64,000 nt of DNA from Hormiphora californensis (lineage: Eukaryota; Animalia; Ctenophora), in NCBI GenBank assembly GCA_020137815.1, contig CM035351.1, positions 6,386,001 to 6,450,000 on the forward strand, given 5' to 3'. Under the pieces are notes generated by a model. The model was not told the origin of the DNA, searched no databases, and saw only the letters and a program-made list of their open reading frames with translations. Every line of letters starts with the position of its first letter. Within the stretch, counting starts at the first letter, position 1. The position numbers and the translations under genes were made by a program. Below are positions 1 to 16,688 of the stretch, one piece after another.

Positions 1-43
1 CAATGTAACTAAAACCCCTTTTTATCCTTGTTTTTCCTCGCAG

Positions 44-3985
<3,942 letters not shown>

Positions 3986-4940
3986 GAAATACAACTCTCC
4001 ACATCCTTCTCCAGGGGGAGTGAGACACAGTCGGACACTATAGACGCCTCTTTATCTTCTGCTGATCTATAAGAACACTTGAGCTTTTACTCGGATGCTT
4101 TATGACATATTATCTATCCCCTCTACATTTTATTTTTACCAGATTTACCAAAATACTGTGTCTACTGTTTAACAAGCTGTCACGGGCCTATAAGATCTCT
4201 TGTCAGCACCAGCCCCATGAAATGATTAACTCGTGACAGTTTGTATTAAGCGTCCTAGGAAACAAAGGAAACGCCTGTCGCCTGAAGGATCTCCTACCAA
4301 CAAGAGAGACCAGGGCCGTCTCCATGTGTGCCGCCATACCAGTCAAACCCAGAGTTTCGCGCGCCGCCAGAGTGCTGACAACAAATACAAGTGAGACATT
4401 GCGCGTTCCATCTTCCGATTTGAAAATTCAAAACGCGGCTGGTTTACGAATTGGGAAATTGAAAGCTTAAATAACAAACAAACTTAAAACAGCGCATTCA
4501 CACAAACTCTCTAAATGATGTGGTATAGGCTTCTAATTGGGTGATGTGATAAAAAACGGAAGAGAAGATACAGAGGTCAATAACAGTCTTTATGTAACTC
4601 GCCAAAATAACGGCCAGTCTCTCTATCTCATTCACACAGGAGTTTTATCAATAGACATCATTATGTGGTTCAGTAGGATCGTTGTTTGTACGTATCAAGA
4701 CTTTCCATGCTCTCAAATTTGGTGATCCTGAATGTAGCGCTGTCCAAGGCGATGCTAAACACTGCGGGAGGGGATAATTAGATCTGCAGTAGAGCAGTTG
4801 GAATCTGGAGTTACTAGCTAACGACTAGTGGTGAACTTGCCCAGAAATGAGGAAATACAGGAAGGGAAGGGGAGGAAGAGAGAGAGAGGGAGAGAGAGAG
4901 AGAGATAAAGAGAGAGATAGAGAGAGGGAGAGAGAGAGAC

Positions 4941-4972
<32 letters not shown>

Positions 4973-5059
4973 GAGAGAGCGTATCGAACGACTGATAGAG
5001 CATAGAGACTCCTTCGTCTAGCTAGAGTTTCCTCGATTGACTTCTACTCGTCTCTCTCT

Positions 5060-5125
<66 letters not shown>

Positions 5126-7797
5126 TCGCCTCTTCTCTTCCTCTCTCTCTTTCGCTCCTCTCTCTTTCCCTCTCTCCCCTCTCTCTCCCCTCTCTCCCTC
5201 GCCCTCATCTCTACGCAGCAGCTGCACACTCATTCACGAACCGACATTGTTACGCCAGACCACATTAAACCCCCTCCTCGATGCAGCTAATGTTCACAGA
5301 GCCACAAGAAGACCCTCCGGAACAAGTTCAACGGAACACCCTGAGCGCCACCCCTTACAGTGCACAGAGGGAAAGGGGAAACCAGAAAAAAAAAGAAACC
5401 AAACCGCAAACGTAAAAATGCTGTGGTATGTCTTAAACCTCTTGACCTTCACTTCCCAAAAAAGGGGAACCCCGCCCCTTTTTGGGCTTTTGGGGTTTTG
5501 CCTTTTTAAAACCCCCCCATTTAAAATTTTTCCAAATTGGGGTAAAAACCCCCTTTTTCCTTTAAAGGGGCCCGATAAAAAGAAAAGAGAGAAAGGAAAA
5601 AGGGAAATAGAAGAGGGAAGGGGGGAGGGGGGGGGGGGGGGGTTTTTTTTTTTTTTGGGGGGCCCCCCCCCCCCCCCCCCCGGGGGGGGGGGGGGTTTTT
5701 TTTTTTTTTTTTTTCCCCCCCCCCCCCCCCCCCCCCCTTTTTTTTTTTTTTTCCCCCCCCCCCCCCTTTTTTGGGGGGGGGTTTTGGGTAAAAGAAAGAA
5801 GAAAAAAGAAAAAAAAAATTAAGGAGGGAAAGGGAGAAAAAAGAGACCACCGGAAAAGGGGAAATTGGAACCCCCAGCCTTTCACCCCCCTTCCAATTTT
5901 GGCCCACCCTAGACCCCCCAAATTGGGAACCCCAAATCCAGGAAAAAACCCAAATTTTAAAGGTTTATTGGGGGTTTTTAACACTTCTCCTTCCCCCCGG
6001 GGGGGAAAAACCCGGGAAAAACCCTCCCCTTTTAAAATTTGTGGGCTTTACAGGGGTTTCTCTAAGGGGCCTAAAAAATAAAAAATGCTCCTATGTAGGG
6101 GGGAAAACCCCCCTTTTTTTACCTGGGGCCGAGAACCCCAACCCAGAAAAACCCCCCCCTGGGTTAAAAAACTGCGAGGCTAATTTTGCAACCAAATTTT
6201 CCCAAACACCCCAATTCAAAACAAAAAAACCCGGGTTAAAACAACCCAAAAATGTTTTTTTAATTTTTAAAAAAAAATTAAAACTTTAATTATAAAATAA
6301 TTCTTTTGCCTTACGAAAATCCGTCAATGGTTCCAAAACCCCCCTTTTTCAAAAAACCCCAATTTTTTTTCCCCCTTCGGAAGGGGGGGGGGGGGGGGGG
6401 GAAACCCTTGGGTTTTACACCCACACGAAATATAAGAGTACTGAAAATAATTTATAAAATTTTTCCCCGCAAACCCATCACCAAAAAATTTATGCGGGGT
6501 TAGACCAATAGTTAGTAGCCATGTTACGACAAACCAGGTTACACCCCTTAAAGTTTTGGGCAGCATGCTGAAAAACCGGGTTGAGGGAGATAAGAGAGAG
6601 GAAAAGAGAAATGTTAACTAGCAGCTCGGCAAGGAATCCTATTCAGGAGCTTCCTCTTTGGTGAATATATTCAAATTTTGCAGAAAAATGAAGTAGAAAG
6701 ATTTTTATAGCTAAGGAAAGGGAGAGGGTGGTAACGGCGGCATTCCTTGGGTTTTTTTTCCCCGGGTTTTGGGGGAATCCAGGTTTTTAAATAGGTAGGT
6801 AATATTCTTTAGGAATTTGAGGGGAGAACATACTGTGGAAGGGGGGAGTGGAGAAGAGAGAAAGAAGAATTATTTGAGAGAAAAAGAAGGGGAGAGAGAG
6901 AGAGGGAGAAAGGGAACTCCCCCAAAAGGGAACGAAAACTAAGGGATTGAATAACAAAATTTAAAGAGGTTCCTAAAAACAGGCCCCGTTTTATTCTTTA
7001 AATGTACATCTTTCATTTGATTTATTTTAAAGATCTCCAGTACCCAAAAAACTACACTAAGATTCACACTAAGGTTCACACCACAGAAGGTTCACTTACA
7101 CAATCTGTAGTTGAGGGTGCTAGTACAATCATAATAGCAGTAAACACACGCTAATGGGACATGACAACAACCCATCTCCCAACATTCGTCCTACAACTGT
7201 GCAGTACAAGATATAACTAACTAAGGAAGATATATATCTGCCCTAACTTCAACAACAACTGAGAGGAGAAGAGGGATATAATATATATCTGCTGTATATC
7301 TGTTAAAAGAAGGACAGGCCGATGATAACTGACAACTGAGCACTGGAATGCAGAGAAGACATGTGTGTCGGAAATTCCTGAATATATAATGTGCTGTCCC
7401 TGCCTGTGTCAGAAGGAAGAGGAAGCTTTAAAAAGAAGACGCAGAAAATAGAAAAGCACCCAATACTCACAGCACACACACACACAACTAATTAATGGAA
7501 ATTCAGGTTGAAAAAAAGGAAAGAGAGGGAGAGATAGAGTGATATAAAGAGACACAGGCATAAATTGAATTTGCGATTCCAATTTTGTCACACTTGGAAT
7601 ACGCCCGGCTGACCGTGGTTTTCCAGCCACAACAACCCCCGTCACTGTGGTGTGTGTTTCACCAAAACCCCTGCAGCAAGTGTAATTGTAATGTATCTCA
7701 TGAACGGGTGTACATTTTCCTGTTTCAAGGTCATCTCCGGGGGTTCACGTGAGAGCAGCTGCACTCTCCCCGGAAGGTGCATCTAAATTTAGAAAAG

Positions 7798-7917
<120 letters not shown>

Positions 7918-8272
7918 TATAGAACAAATGAAAAGAACCGTGAAACATGAGTTAGAGAGGAGAGAGATAGAGATAGAGAGAAAGAAGGAATGTGAGAACC
8001 GTTTCCTGGTCCTATTTCCATTGCAGATAAATTTAGTGTGGCGTAGTTCTGTTATAGACACAACAGTGTGAACAGGAAGAGAAGAGTGGGTTGCTTAGTT
8101 TAGAACAAAGATAGGTAAAGCTTGGTGTCAGATGCTCATCTTGGGATAACGACAACAGCAACAAGTGACATCTGGATGTATGCAACAACAATGAATGAGG
8201 GAATACAATGAATGAGGGAATTCTGTAGTTGTTGCCAGTTGTTGGATGTCTGACCTCTCTCTCTCTCCCTTT

Positions 8273-8373
<101 letters not shown>

Positions 8374-9179
8374 TTCTCTCACTGATGTAAGGTAAATGTG
8401 TGCATTTTATGAGATATGACATACTCCAAGATTTCTCATTTTCCCACAACTTTGTAATTTGTAGGTGTGCTGAGAGAATTACAACAAGGCGAATGGTGGG
8501 AAATTTATAAAATTATCATTGCTCAAGGATCTTCCCAATCTTGGCACTAAAAATGATTGATATATCTTTCATTACCCTCATAACTCCTGCCCTCTCATCA
8601 CATCCCCCCTCTTCCTTCCCGCCAAAGATGTCTCAATTGACAGGATTTAAACAACGAGAGACATTATCTTTGCGGTAGCTATCATCTCTATTCTCTCTCT
8701 CTCAGCACGGTCTCTCTCCCTCTCTCTCTCTCCCTCTCTCTCATTAGGAGGTTATCAGCGGTGTCCCGCACGAGTGAGAATCCTAACATGTGCTTTAAAA
8801 AGTCGTGTGTTTATAATGCGTGTTCCGGTGTTATACTGTATACATAATGTCCAGATGCTTCCCAGATTCTTCCAAAACAGCTGACAGCCAGCCGGGTAAA
8901 GAGTGGTATTGTATAAAGACTGCTATATTGAATCAAGTGTTAGGATGACCGCATTATTCAATTGGTTGGAGAGGAAGTAGTGTTTCCGTTACACTTCAGA
9001 GTTCTCTCTCCAGTGTGTACTGTGTATATCACTGTTCGTAGCAGCTCCCACCCACACACACACAAGGTATGTGATAGTATCAGGTTGCCATGGCGTCGTG
9101 TTTCACCCCCTCTGGCCTCTTTCTTCCGGAGAACTTTTATCATCAAAAAAAATTAATTTACACCATGGTTTTGGTGACA

Positions 9180-9351
9180 CAGTCGGACCCCGATTTAACG
9201 GCCCCCGATTTAGCGGCACCCCGATTTAACGGCAGCATAATCTTCCCCCGATATGGGAAATTAACATTATTTGACCCCGATTTAGCGGACACCCCGATTT
9301 AACGGACAAAATCCTTTCCCCCGAGGGTGCCGTTAAATCGGGGTTCGACTG
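9180..9351. mobile_element. pogo/Tc1-mariner-type MITE with CA flanks
   Basis: TIR CAGTCGGACCCCGATTTAACGG / CCGTTAAATCGGGGTTCGACTG, with CA on both sides. Confidence 0.88.
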
Positions 9352-9432
9352 CACTACCAGCCGCAAACGAACCCATGATTGTGAAGCTGAATGTGACGTG
9401 GAAATATAGTGCGAATATATCCAATCACTGCT

Positions 9433-9925
9433 CAGGCTTGTAGGGGAAGTTTTGAAAGTGGTGGGGGGCCAAATTTATGACATACATCGACTTTTCTGTT
9501 GAAAATTTGAATAAATTGGGCGAAGCGATAGCGGAGCCCGAGAACATTTTTCGGTTTTTAGGCCGAAAAGTCATAGTTTTTGTCTAATCATGTACTGGGG
9601 CCATTTCCTGAAAAATACTGGGGCCATGGCGTACCCTGCCCCCCCCCCCAGGGGTGTAAGGAATGATTTTTCAAGTGAGGGGGCGAAGTCACGTGACCAA
9701 CTACAGCGCTGGCCAGCGCCCAAGAAAATTTTTTGTGAGCAAGATTTAGCCACCTATTCCATTGCATTTACTATACATCGGGCGGGCGACATTTGGGAGT
9801 GAGTGTTGACTGTTTGCGACAAAAGTGAGGGGGCGAACCTGGCCAAAAGTGGGGGGGGGCGGCCGCCCCCCTCGCCCCCCCCCCTATTCCTACACCCCTG
9901 CCCCCCCCCTTCCCCTACATGCGTG
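9433..9925. mobile_element. hAT-type MITE (8-bp TSD) with nested insertion
   Basis: TIR CAGGCTTGTAGGGGAAG / CTTCCCCTACATGCGTG. Exact TSD TCACTGCT at 9425-9432 and 9926-9933. Confidence 0.85.
9649..9900. mobile_element. Nested hAT-like MITE
   Basis: TIR CAGGGGTGTAAGGAAT / ATTCCTACACCCCTG. Poly-C on both sides is compatible with an 8-bp TSD. Confidence 0.75.
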
Positions 9926-10277
9926 TCACTGCTTCGACTGAGGAATATTTAATCCTAGCACCAATTATCGAACACTACTTTTTAACTTACGTTGATGACA
10001 GATACTCTCGGCCAAGCATTCCAGGACCATGATATAGCACTGCACTGGCGGGTATTGGTGTACTATAAACGTCAGTTAACAACAACTAGGTAGAACTAGG
10101 AAAAGGGCGGGGGGAGAGAGTGCAATTGATGTACACTGTAGCAAGCCTAGAAAGAGGAGGAGGAGGAGGAGGATAGTGCGTATAATACACAACAAATCAG
10201 TGTCAGAGAAAAGAAGCCTGTCTTTGGATATAATACCTCAACACCTGACATCGGTGATTCAGTGCAGTTATCTCTGA

Positions 10278-10367
<90 letters not shown>

Positions 10368-10634
10368 TCCACTCTCTCTCACAAAGGAATATCTTCGTTT
10401 CTCCACTCTCCGATTATCTTCTCCGGTTCTCCCTCTGTATCACTACAACTCAAAAGAGCAATCTGATGGTACTCAACTTTCAGTTTCCGGTGAATTCTAG
10501 AGTAGCACAATTACAATACTGATCAGTATAACAGATACTGGCTCAGTCATTTCTTGACAAGGGAGCACTAACAGGCCACACCGCCGCTCGGAGATTAAAG
10601 CTAAATATATACACCACCATCCATCCTGTCTTTG

Positions 10635-10666
<32 letters not shown>

Positions 10667-10964
10667 AGTCTGCTGTCTCCACTCTCCATCATCATCTCTC
10701 TCTCTCTTTCGGACATACTGACTCTGTGTCTCGCGCGTGTAAGATCAGGAAACGCTTGACAGGGATAATAGGATAATGAGTGCACGCATAAATATTCTCT
10801 CTCAACCGATCATACTGTCTGCTTCGACCTCTTTCACATTTCTCATTCCTCTCTCAAAATCACACACACAGTACACACACATGGAAAAACCTACCACACT
10901 TCCGAGTTGTTTCCTCCTCCTCAGGATGATCGTAGGTGGGTGTGGGCGGTTTGAAACTATTCAC

Positions 10965-11297
10965 CTCCTGCATTTCAACATTTGTTACATAGGCCCCGTC
11001 ATCAGTTGAAGATGAGGTGGGTGGTACCCGGATATTAGATTCCATCAGAGTCCAGGGCCGCTCGTATCGGGGTTCTGCAGCTGCTTCTGAAGTTGACCAC
11101 TCTGGGGAGGAAACACCCTCCTCTTGATCGGGGGGTACTGGCACTTTTTTACTAAAACTCGCCTTCGTCCCCTCAGGGGTGTTCTTGTTATCCTCGAGCT
11201 GGGCAAACTTAGCAGAGTTCAGTGTCTTGTGGGGTCGACGGGAGGAAGTCGTGGGAAGGTTATCTGTAGTGTCAGAATCAGAAAGGACAACAGCCAT
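10965..11297 (-). CDS. Possible first coding exon of an unidentified gene (disordered, S/T/E/P-rich)
   Basis: ATG at 11297 (MAVVLSDSD...VEMQE), 333 nt open, ending at a GAG|GTGAAT donor. No downstream exon identified. Confidence 0.4.
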
Positions 11298-12084
11298 AAT
11301 GGGGACAATCAACAAGAGGCAACAAAAATACCACCACGACACGCAACTCAAAGTACATCCTACAGTGTGGTGTTGTTTTTGGTAATGACTGGGCAGATCA
11401 AAATAAAATGCTGCTACTGGGGGGTAACTACCGCAAAACAACGCTGCACAGACAGTATTATGATTACAATATACACAGGACAGCAATGGAGATAGAGAGG
11501 GAGAGTTGTAAAGACGCTAAAAAAGCACACTGCTCGTGGTTTATATTTGTGTTTTATTTGTGAGCAATTCCATGGCTATTTCACGCTTATATTGGAGAAC
11601 AGAAAATACTATTATCGGTTTAGACGCGGTGGTGTGAACTGCTGCTGCACTGTCTACAGATGCTGCTGCAGTACATATATATAATTGTCAGTACTTACTG
11701 TTATTGATGCAGATGGGGTGTCAACTGTTTTCCGCCTGTTTACATGTCCTATAGAAATATCATAGCACTGGCAAGTGCCCCGGGCCCAAAAGGGGGGTGT
11801 GGGGGCACAGCCCCCACCATAAACGGGGGTGTGGGGGCAGAGGGGAGGGGAGGGGAGGGGAGGGGAGGAGGACGCTTTTTTATCTTTGAGTGTTCTCCTA
11901 AACCACAAATAGTAGAGACTTGCCGTTTGGAACAGTGGTTCCTTACATCATTGCGCTCGGTAATAGCTGTGTGAGAACTTCGAAATCGCCATAGTTCATT
12001 AATTATTCATTAATTAGTCATTAAATATTCATTTAAACCATGGTCGCGATTTGACACGACTCGAAGGTCATAGAATCTTGAAAC

Positions 12085-12670
12085 CGGTCTCATTCGACGC
12101 GGAATCATCGATTTATGGGGGGTCTTACTCGGGACAAAAATCTCTATCTCGCACCGCTAAGCCGTTATTTGCATATGTATGCACCTATTCACGATTTTAT
12201 GCATATTTTCAATATTTTCACTTCGGCTGGTCCTAGAACGTTTTCATGGACATATTTCGACGCAAAATAGTCGATTTATGGGGGGTCGTCCCCCGGACAA
12301 AAAGTCGTATCTCGCACCGTTAAGCCGTTATTTGCATATTTATGCACCGATTCATGATTTAATGCATATTCTTAATATTTCCACTTCGGCTGATCCTAGA
12401 ACGTTTTCGTGGACATATTTCGACGCAAAATAGTCGATTTATGGGGGTCTTACTCGGGACAAAAATCTCTATCTGGCACCGTTAAGCCGTTATTTGCATA
12501 TTTATGCACCGATTCATGATTTAATGCATATTCTTAATATTTCCACTTCGGCTGGTCCTAGAACGTTTTCATGGACATATTCCCGGCGCAGAATAGTCGA
12601 TTTATGGGGGTCGTCCCCCTGACAAAAAGTCGTATCTCTCACCGTTTAGAGAGTCGTTATTCGCATATTT
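12085..12670. repeat. ~162-bp tandem repeat, ~3.5 copies, probably internal to a DNA element
   Basis: TCGATTTATGGGGG recurs near 12108, 12271, 12433 and 12596. Confidence 0.8.
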
Positions 12671-14564
12671 ATGAACTATTCAAGTTCGAAAATATGCAGA
12701 AATCAGAAAAAAATACCTTTTTCTATTTAACACACCAAAAAGAACAAAATTTAAAAAGCCCAAAAAACCCAAATTAAAAAAAAATAAATTAGTTTGGATC
12801 CCCGGGCCCCAGGGGTTGCCCGGGGGGAAAACACCTCTAGGCTATGTCATAATAATGGTTCGGAAATAAAGGAAAAAAAATTAGATGAAAGAGTGAGATT
12901 AATCAAAAAGACGGAGAATAATAAGAGGGAGAGAAAAAAAGATAAAATTGAAAACAGTGGAGAAAGAGAGAAGAGAAGAGGAGAAGAAGGGGAGAAAGAA
13001 GAAAGAGAAAAAGAGATATTTTAGAGAAGGGTGGGGGCCTTTGGTAAAAGTTTTGGGTAACAATTAAAAATTACGAATATGCCTTTTAATTTAGGGCAGT
13101 ACCTAAAGGTGTTACCCCCCCGTGACCCACATGGGCCCGGGCCCCCCAAAAAAATTTTTTTTTGGTTTTTGGACTTTAAATTTTGTATTTAAAAAATAAA
13201 AATAAAACTAAATTTTTATTCAAAAGCGCTAGTAATATACAAAAACTGTTAGTTTTTTCTTTTTCCTTTTTTTTTAAAAAAAATGTGTGGGAGATTTTAA
13301 ATTGAAAAAAAAAATTTTTTTGGTGGAAAAATTTTTCTTCAAAGGGTGTTATTGTGGAAATAAAAAAAAAAAAATTTTTTTTAAAAAAAAGGGGGCCTTT
13401 TTTAGGAATTGTTGGCAGAAAAATTGTTTGGGGGTTAAAAAAAAAAAAAAAAAGGAAGGGGGAAAAAAAAAAGAAAGTGGAAGAAAAGGGCAGGAAAAGA
13501 AAGGGAAAAAAAAGGGGAAATAAAAAAATAGGAAAAAAAGGGGGGTGAAGGGGTTTAAAAAAAACCCCCCCTTTTTTTTTTCCCCCCCCCCCCCCCCCTT
13601 TTTTTTTATGGGGGTAACAATTAAAAATTGGTTGCCTTAATTTAGTATAAAAACCCCCCCCTGAAAATTAACAAAATTTTTTTAAATTTTTTTTGGAAAT
13701 TTAGAAATTAAAAACTTAAATAAAACTAAATATTTTTCAAATGGCAGTAATATAAAAAAAACTTGTGGAGTTTAGAATGCTCTCGTTTTGCCTCATTTTT
13801 TTCCCCCACGGTGATGCTGGGGGGCGATTTTAAACTTTCGCGGGAACAAAAAGGATCTGTTGGGGGAAAGGTTTGCTGAGAAAGGGTGTTAGTGAAAAAA
13901 TAAAAAAAAAAACCCGAAAATAATGCACACACGTGACAGACAACAATTGTAGGAGATCACGGTGTCTGAGCGAGAAACATATGCTCAGTGATATCAAAGA
14001 AACAGTAAGAGAGAGAGAGAGGGAGAGAGAGAGAGAGAGAGAGAGAAGTTAGGGTGAAAGAGATGGAAACCAGAAATGAGAGCAAGAGAAGATAGAGAGA
14101 GAGACTGGAGAAAGAGAGAGATAGAGAGATAGACAGAGGATGAGAGATAGAGATGAGTAGGACGGAGTGAGTAGAAGGAGATGCTCAGCTGTAAGTTAAA
14201 ACCTCATGAAGGATCTGTATGTGAGTGAGCGGTAACAAAAGATCCGAGGCCGTCAGACAACCGACTAATGAGCCTTTGAAACTTTGACTAGGATGATACA
14301 TATATTGTGTGCATGTATAACGAGAAATATAAATTTCGCATGCATCAGTCGGGTAGCTGTTGCTCTAGGAGTACACAGAGTAGTTAGAATTTTACAGAGA
14401 AACCATGATTTAAACTTTTCTTGGTGGCAGTCCTTCACAAGACATCCCCCTCTATATCCTGATCCAGTCGATAAATCATAATGGTATCTTCATTCTCACT
14501 AGTGCATCCCAGTACCAGGTTTGGAAATCTCTTCGGCCATTTTCCAGGAGAACTTCGAAGCCAT

Positions 14565-15023
14565 CCAGGGAGCAAGGAGATAGTAGCAGTTCCAGGGAGC
14601 ACGGAGATAGTAGCAGTTCCAGGGAGCACGTAGATAGTAGCAGTTCCAGGGAGCACGGAGATAGTAGCAGTTCCAGGGAGCACGGAGATAGTAGCAGTTC
14701 CAGGGAGCACGGAGATAGTAGCAGTTCCAGGGAGCACGGAGATAGTAGCAGTTCCAGGGAGCACGAAGATAGTAGCAGTTCCAGGGAGCACGGAGATAGT
14801 ATCAGTTCCAGGGAGCACGGAGATAGTAGCAGTTCCAGGGAGCACGGAGATAGTAGCAGTTCCAGGGAGCACGGAGATAGTAGCAGTTCCAGGGAGCACG
14901 GAGATAGTAGCAGTTCCAGGGAGCACGGAGATAGTAGCAGTTCCAGGGAGCACGGAGATAGTAGCAGTTCCAGGGAGCACGGAGATAGTAGCAGTTCCAG
15001 GAAGCACGGAGATAGTAGCAGTT
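14565..15023. repeat. 27-bp minisatellite, ~17 copies
   Basis: Unit GGAGCACGGAGATAGTAGCAGTTCCAG. It explains the repetitive ORFs in the track. Confidence 0.95.
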
Positions 15024-15559
15024 CTTCCACTTCAATTCAAGAAGTTGTGATACTTGGTGGAGACTTGTGTGCTGTCCGACATGTAACTTTGTTGTAGAAT
15101 ACCGCTTAGTGCCCACCGGCCACCCCTGTGGCATATGGTCCCCTACCAAGATTAGTGACATCCAGGCTCTGAAATAATCCAGAGACAGTTCACCAGTAGC
15201 GTCGAAATTCGAAAATATGACACAGTTTGACTTTTGGGAAAGGTTGAATAATTTAAGACTGATGTCATTACCACGTCAAATGAATCGATATGCGATAATG
15301 ATGTGGAAGACCGAAGACCCATAATAGTGCAACCCCTAACAGCACGAATACCCAGTTTTACCATCATCAACGGCTCGGCATTCGAGCCGAAGTACCTTCC
15401 CAGTCCCTTTACAGTTGAGCACCGGAGTCATTCTCAAAAAAAATAGTTCGACTCCTTTATCGTAAGTGCTACTGACTACTCGGAACACGTAACACGTTGC
15501 CGAAAGAGGTTAACACTTCAGTCTTGTAATATTTTATCACGTAAAACTTCCAAGAATTA

Positions 15560-15830
15560 TTGTTCTATTTTGGGTATCCGATTGAAGGTGGTTGGTGGAC
15601 GATCCAGGAATCTCTTCAGCCCAGAAGTATCTTGAACGAAGCCAGGTCTTCCGCTGAGTTCACTTCACTGGGGAGACTGGAGATTGTTTTAAAGCTTAGC
15701 CGAGTTACTCTACAGGTTAACGAATTATGGTACTTCGTCGCAACTGACTTCTGTGTTGTAGGACAGGTTGTAGGATAGGTTTCCGCAGTGACCTTAGACA
15801 CGTTCAAGATTCTGCTAGGCCATTGGCTGG
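15560..15830 (-). mobile_element. Degenerate 3' end of a LINE ORF2
   Basis: TKYHNSLTCRVTRL..SSLPSEVNSAEDLASFKILL resembles the N/S-LP..V..A.SL..FK..L C-terminal motif of CR1/L2/Jockey-group ORF2. Confidence 0.5.
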
Positions 15831-16688
15831 ACCACTTCCCTCACTTTTTTATTTATTTTGTTCCACTTTGACCACTTCCCTGACAGTACATCTGTGAAGG
15901 GTTAATTTTATCGAGTTCACTCTGCCTGAGTGCAAAAACTTCACATTTTTTGGCATACGTTGCAGGCCCCTTATAAGGGGCCCCTTATAAGGGGCCTGGA
16001 GGGAATACCGCGCTAGGGGGGAATACATAATCAATCATATCTCCGGTTCCAGATAAGGTACAGAAATCGGTTTGGTAGCGTTGGAAAGAGGAAGATAACA
16101 GCTTTCAAATGCAACCGTTTTCAGGTCTCTATCTTATCAGGAACAGGAGATATGAACCAAACTCCGCAAAATCGAGTGCGGTAAAATCAAAATTTGAATG
16201 AAAATTTGAATAAAGGTGTCCCTGCAGGAACCTGTGACGTCACTTTTTGAAAACAACCCATCTTTAAACAGCTATTGCTCAGCCTCCTTAAGTCCAATTA
16301 ACTTCTCTCAAAAACAGCAAGGTAGATAATTGTCAGATCTAACAACTGGTGAAAGAATTAAGTCAAACAGACTTCAGGGGCCAAAGTTATAAGCACCGCC
16401 GTTTTTTCGACCGCAAAGTTATTTTCGACTCTGGCCAAACGCGCGCGGCATTCCCTCCAGTCCCCTCGTTGCGGGGGTGCGTGCATGAGGGGGCTGCAGC
16501 GCATTCCAACACATTTTTGAGGATTTATTTGAAAACTTTCCTAATTTTCCTTTCGTTTCGTCTCTTCTTGTTTTTCTGTCTTTTTGTTTGGGCACGCGTG
16601 GCTTAAACATAGTCACGTGCCCCGTTGCCTGAGGACCGAGGAGGATACCTGGTGACCCCTGTCACCAGATGCTCATCACACTTTCCCG

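Noticed and set aside
5037-6900. Long poly-P/G/K/F ORFs (e.g. 5037..5822)
   Set aside because: They arise from (CT)n and homopolymer-rich sequence typical of low-quality read ends and are not credible coding sequence.
12700-13930. Lys-rich ORFs and extreme homopolymer runs
   Set aside because: This looks like degraded base-calling of an adjacent repeat.
14435-15161. Repeat-protein ORFs (VLPGTATIS)n and others
   Set aside because: The 27-bp minisatellite is open in several frames by chance. No splice context links it to a gene, and its flanks resemble LINE debris.
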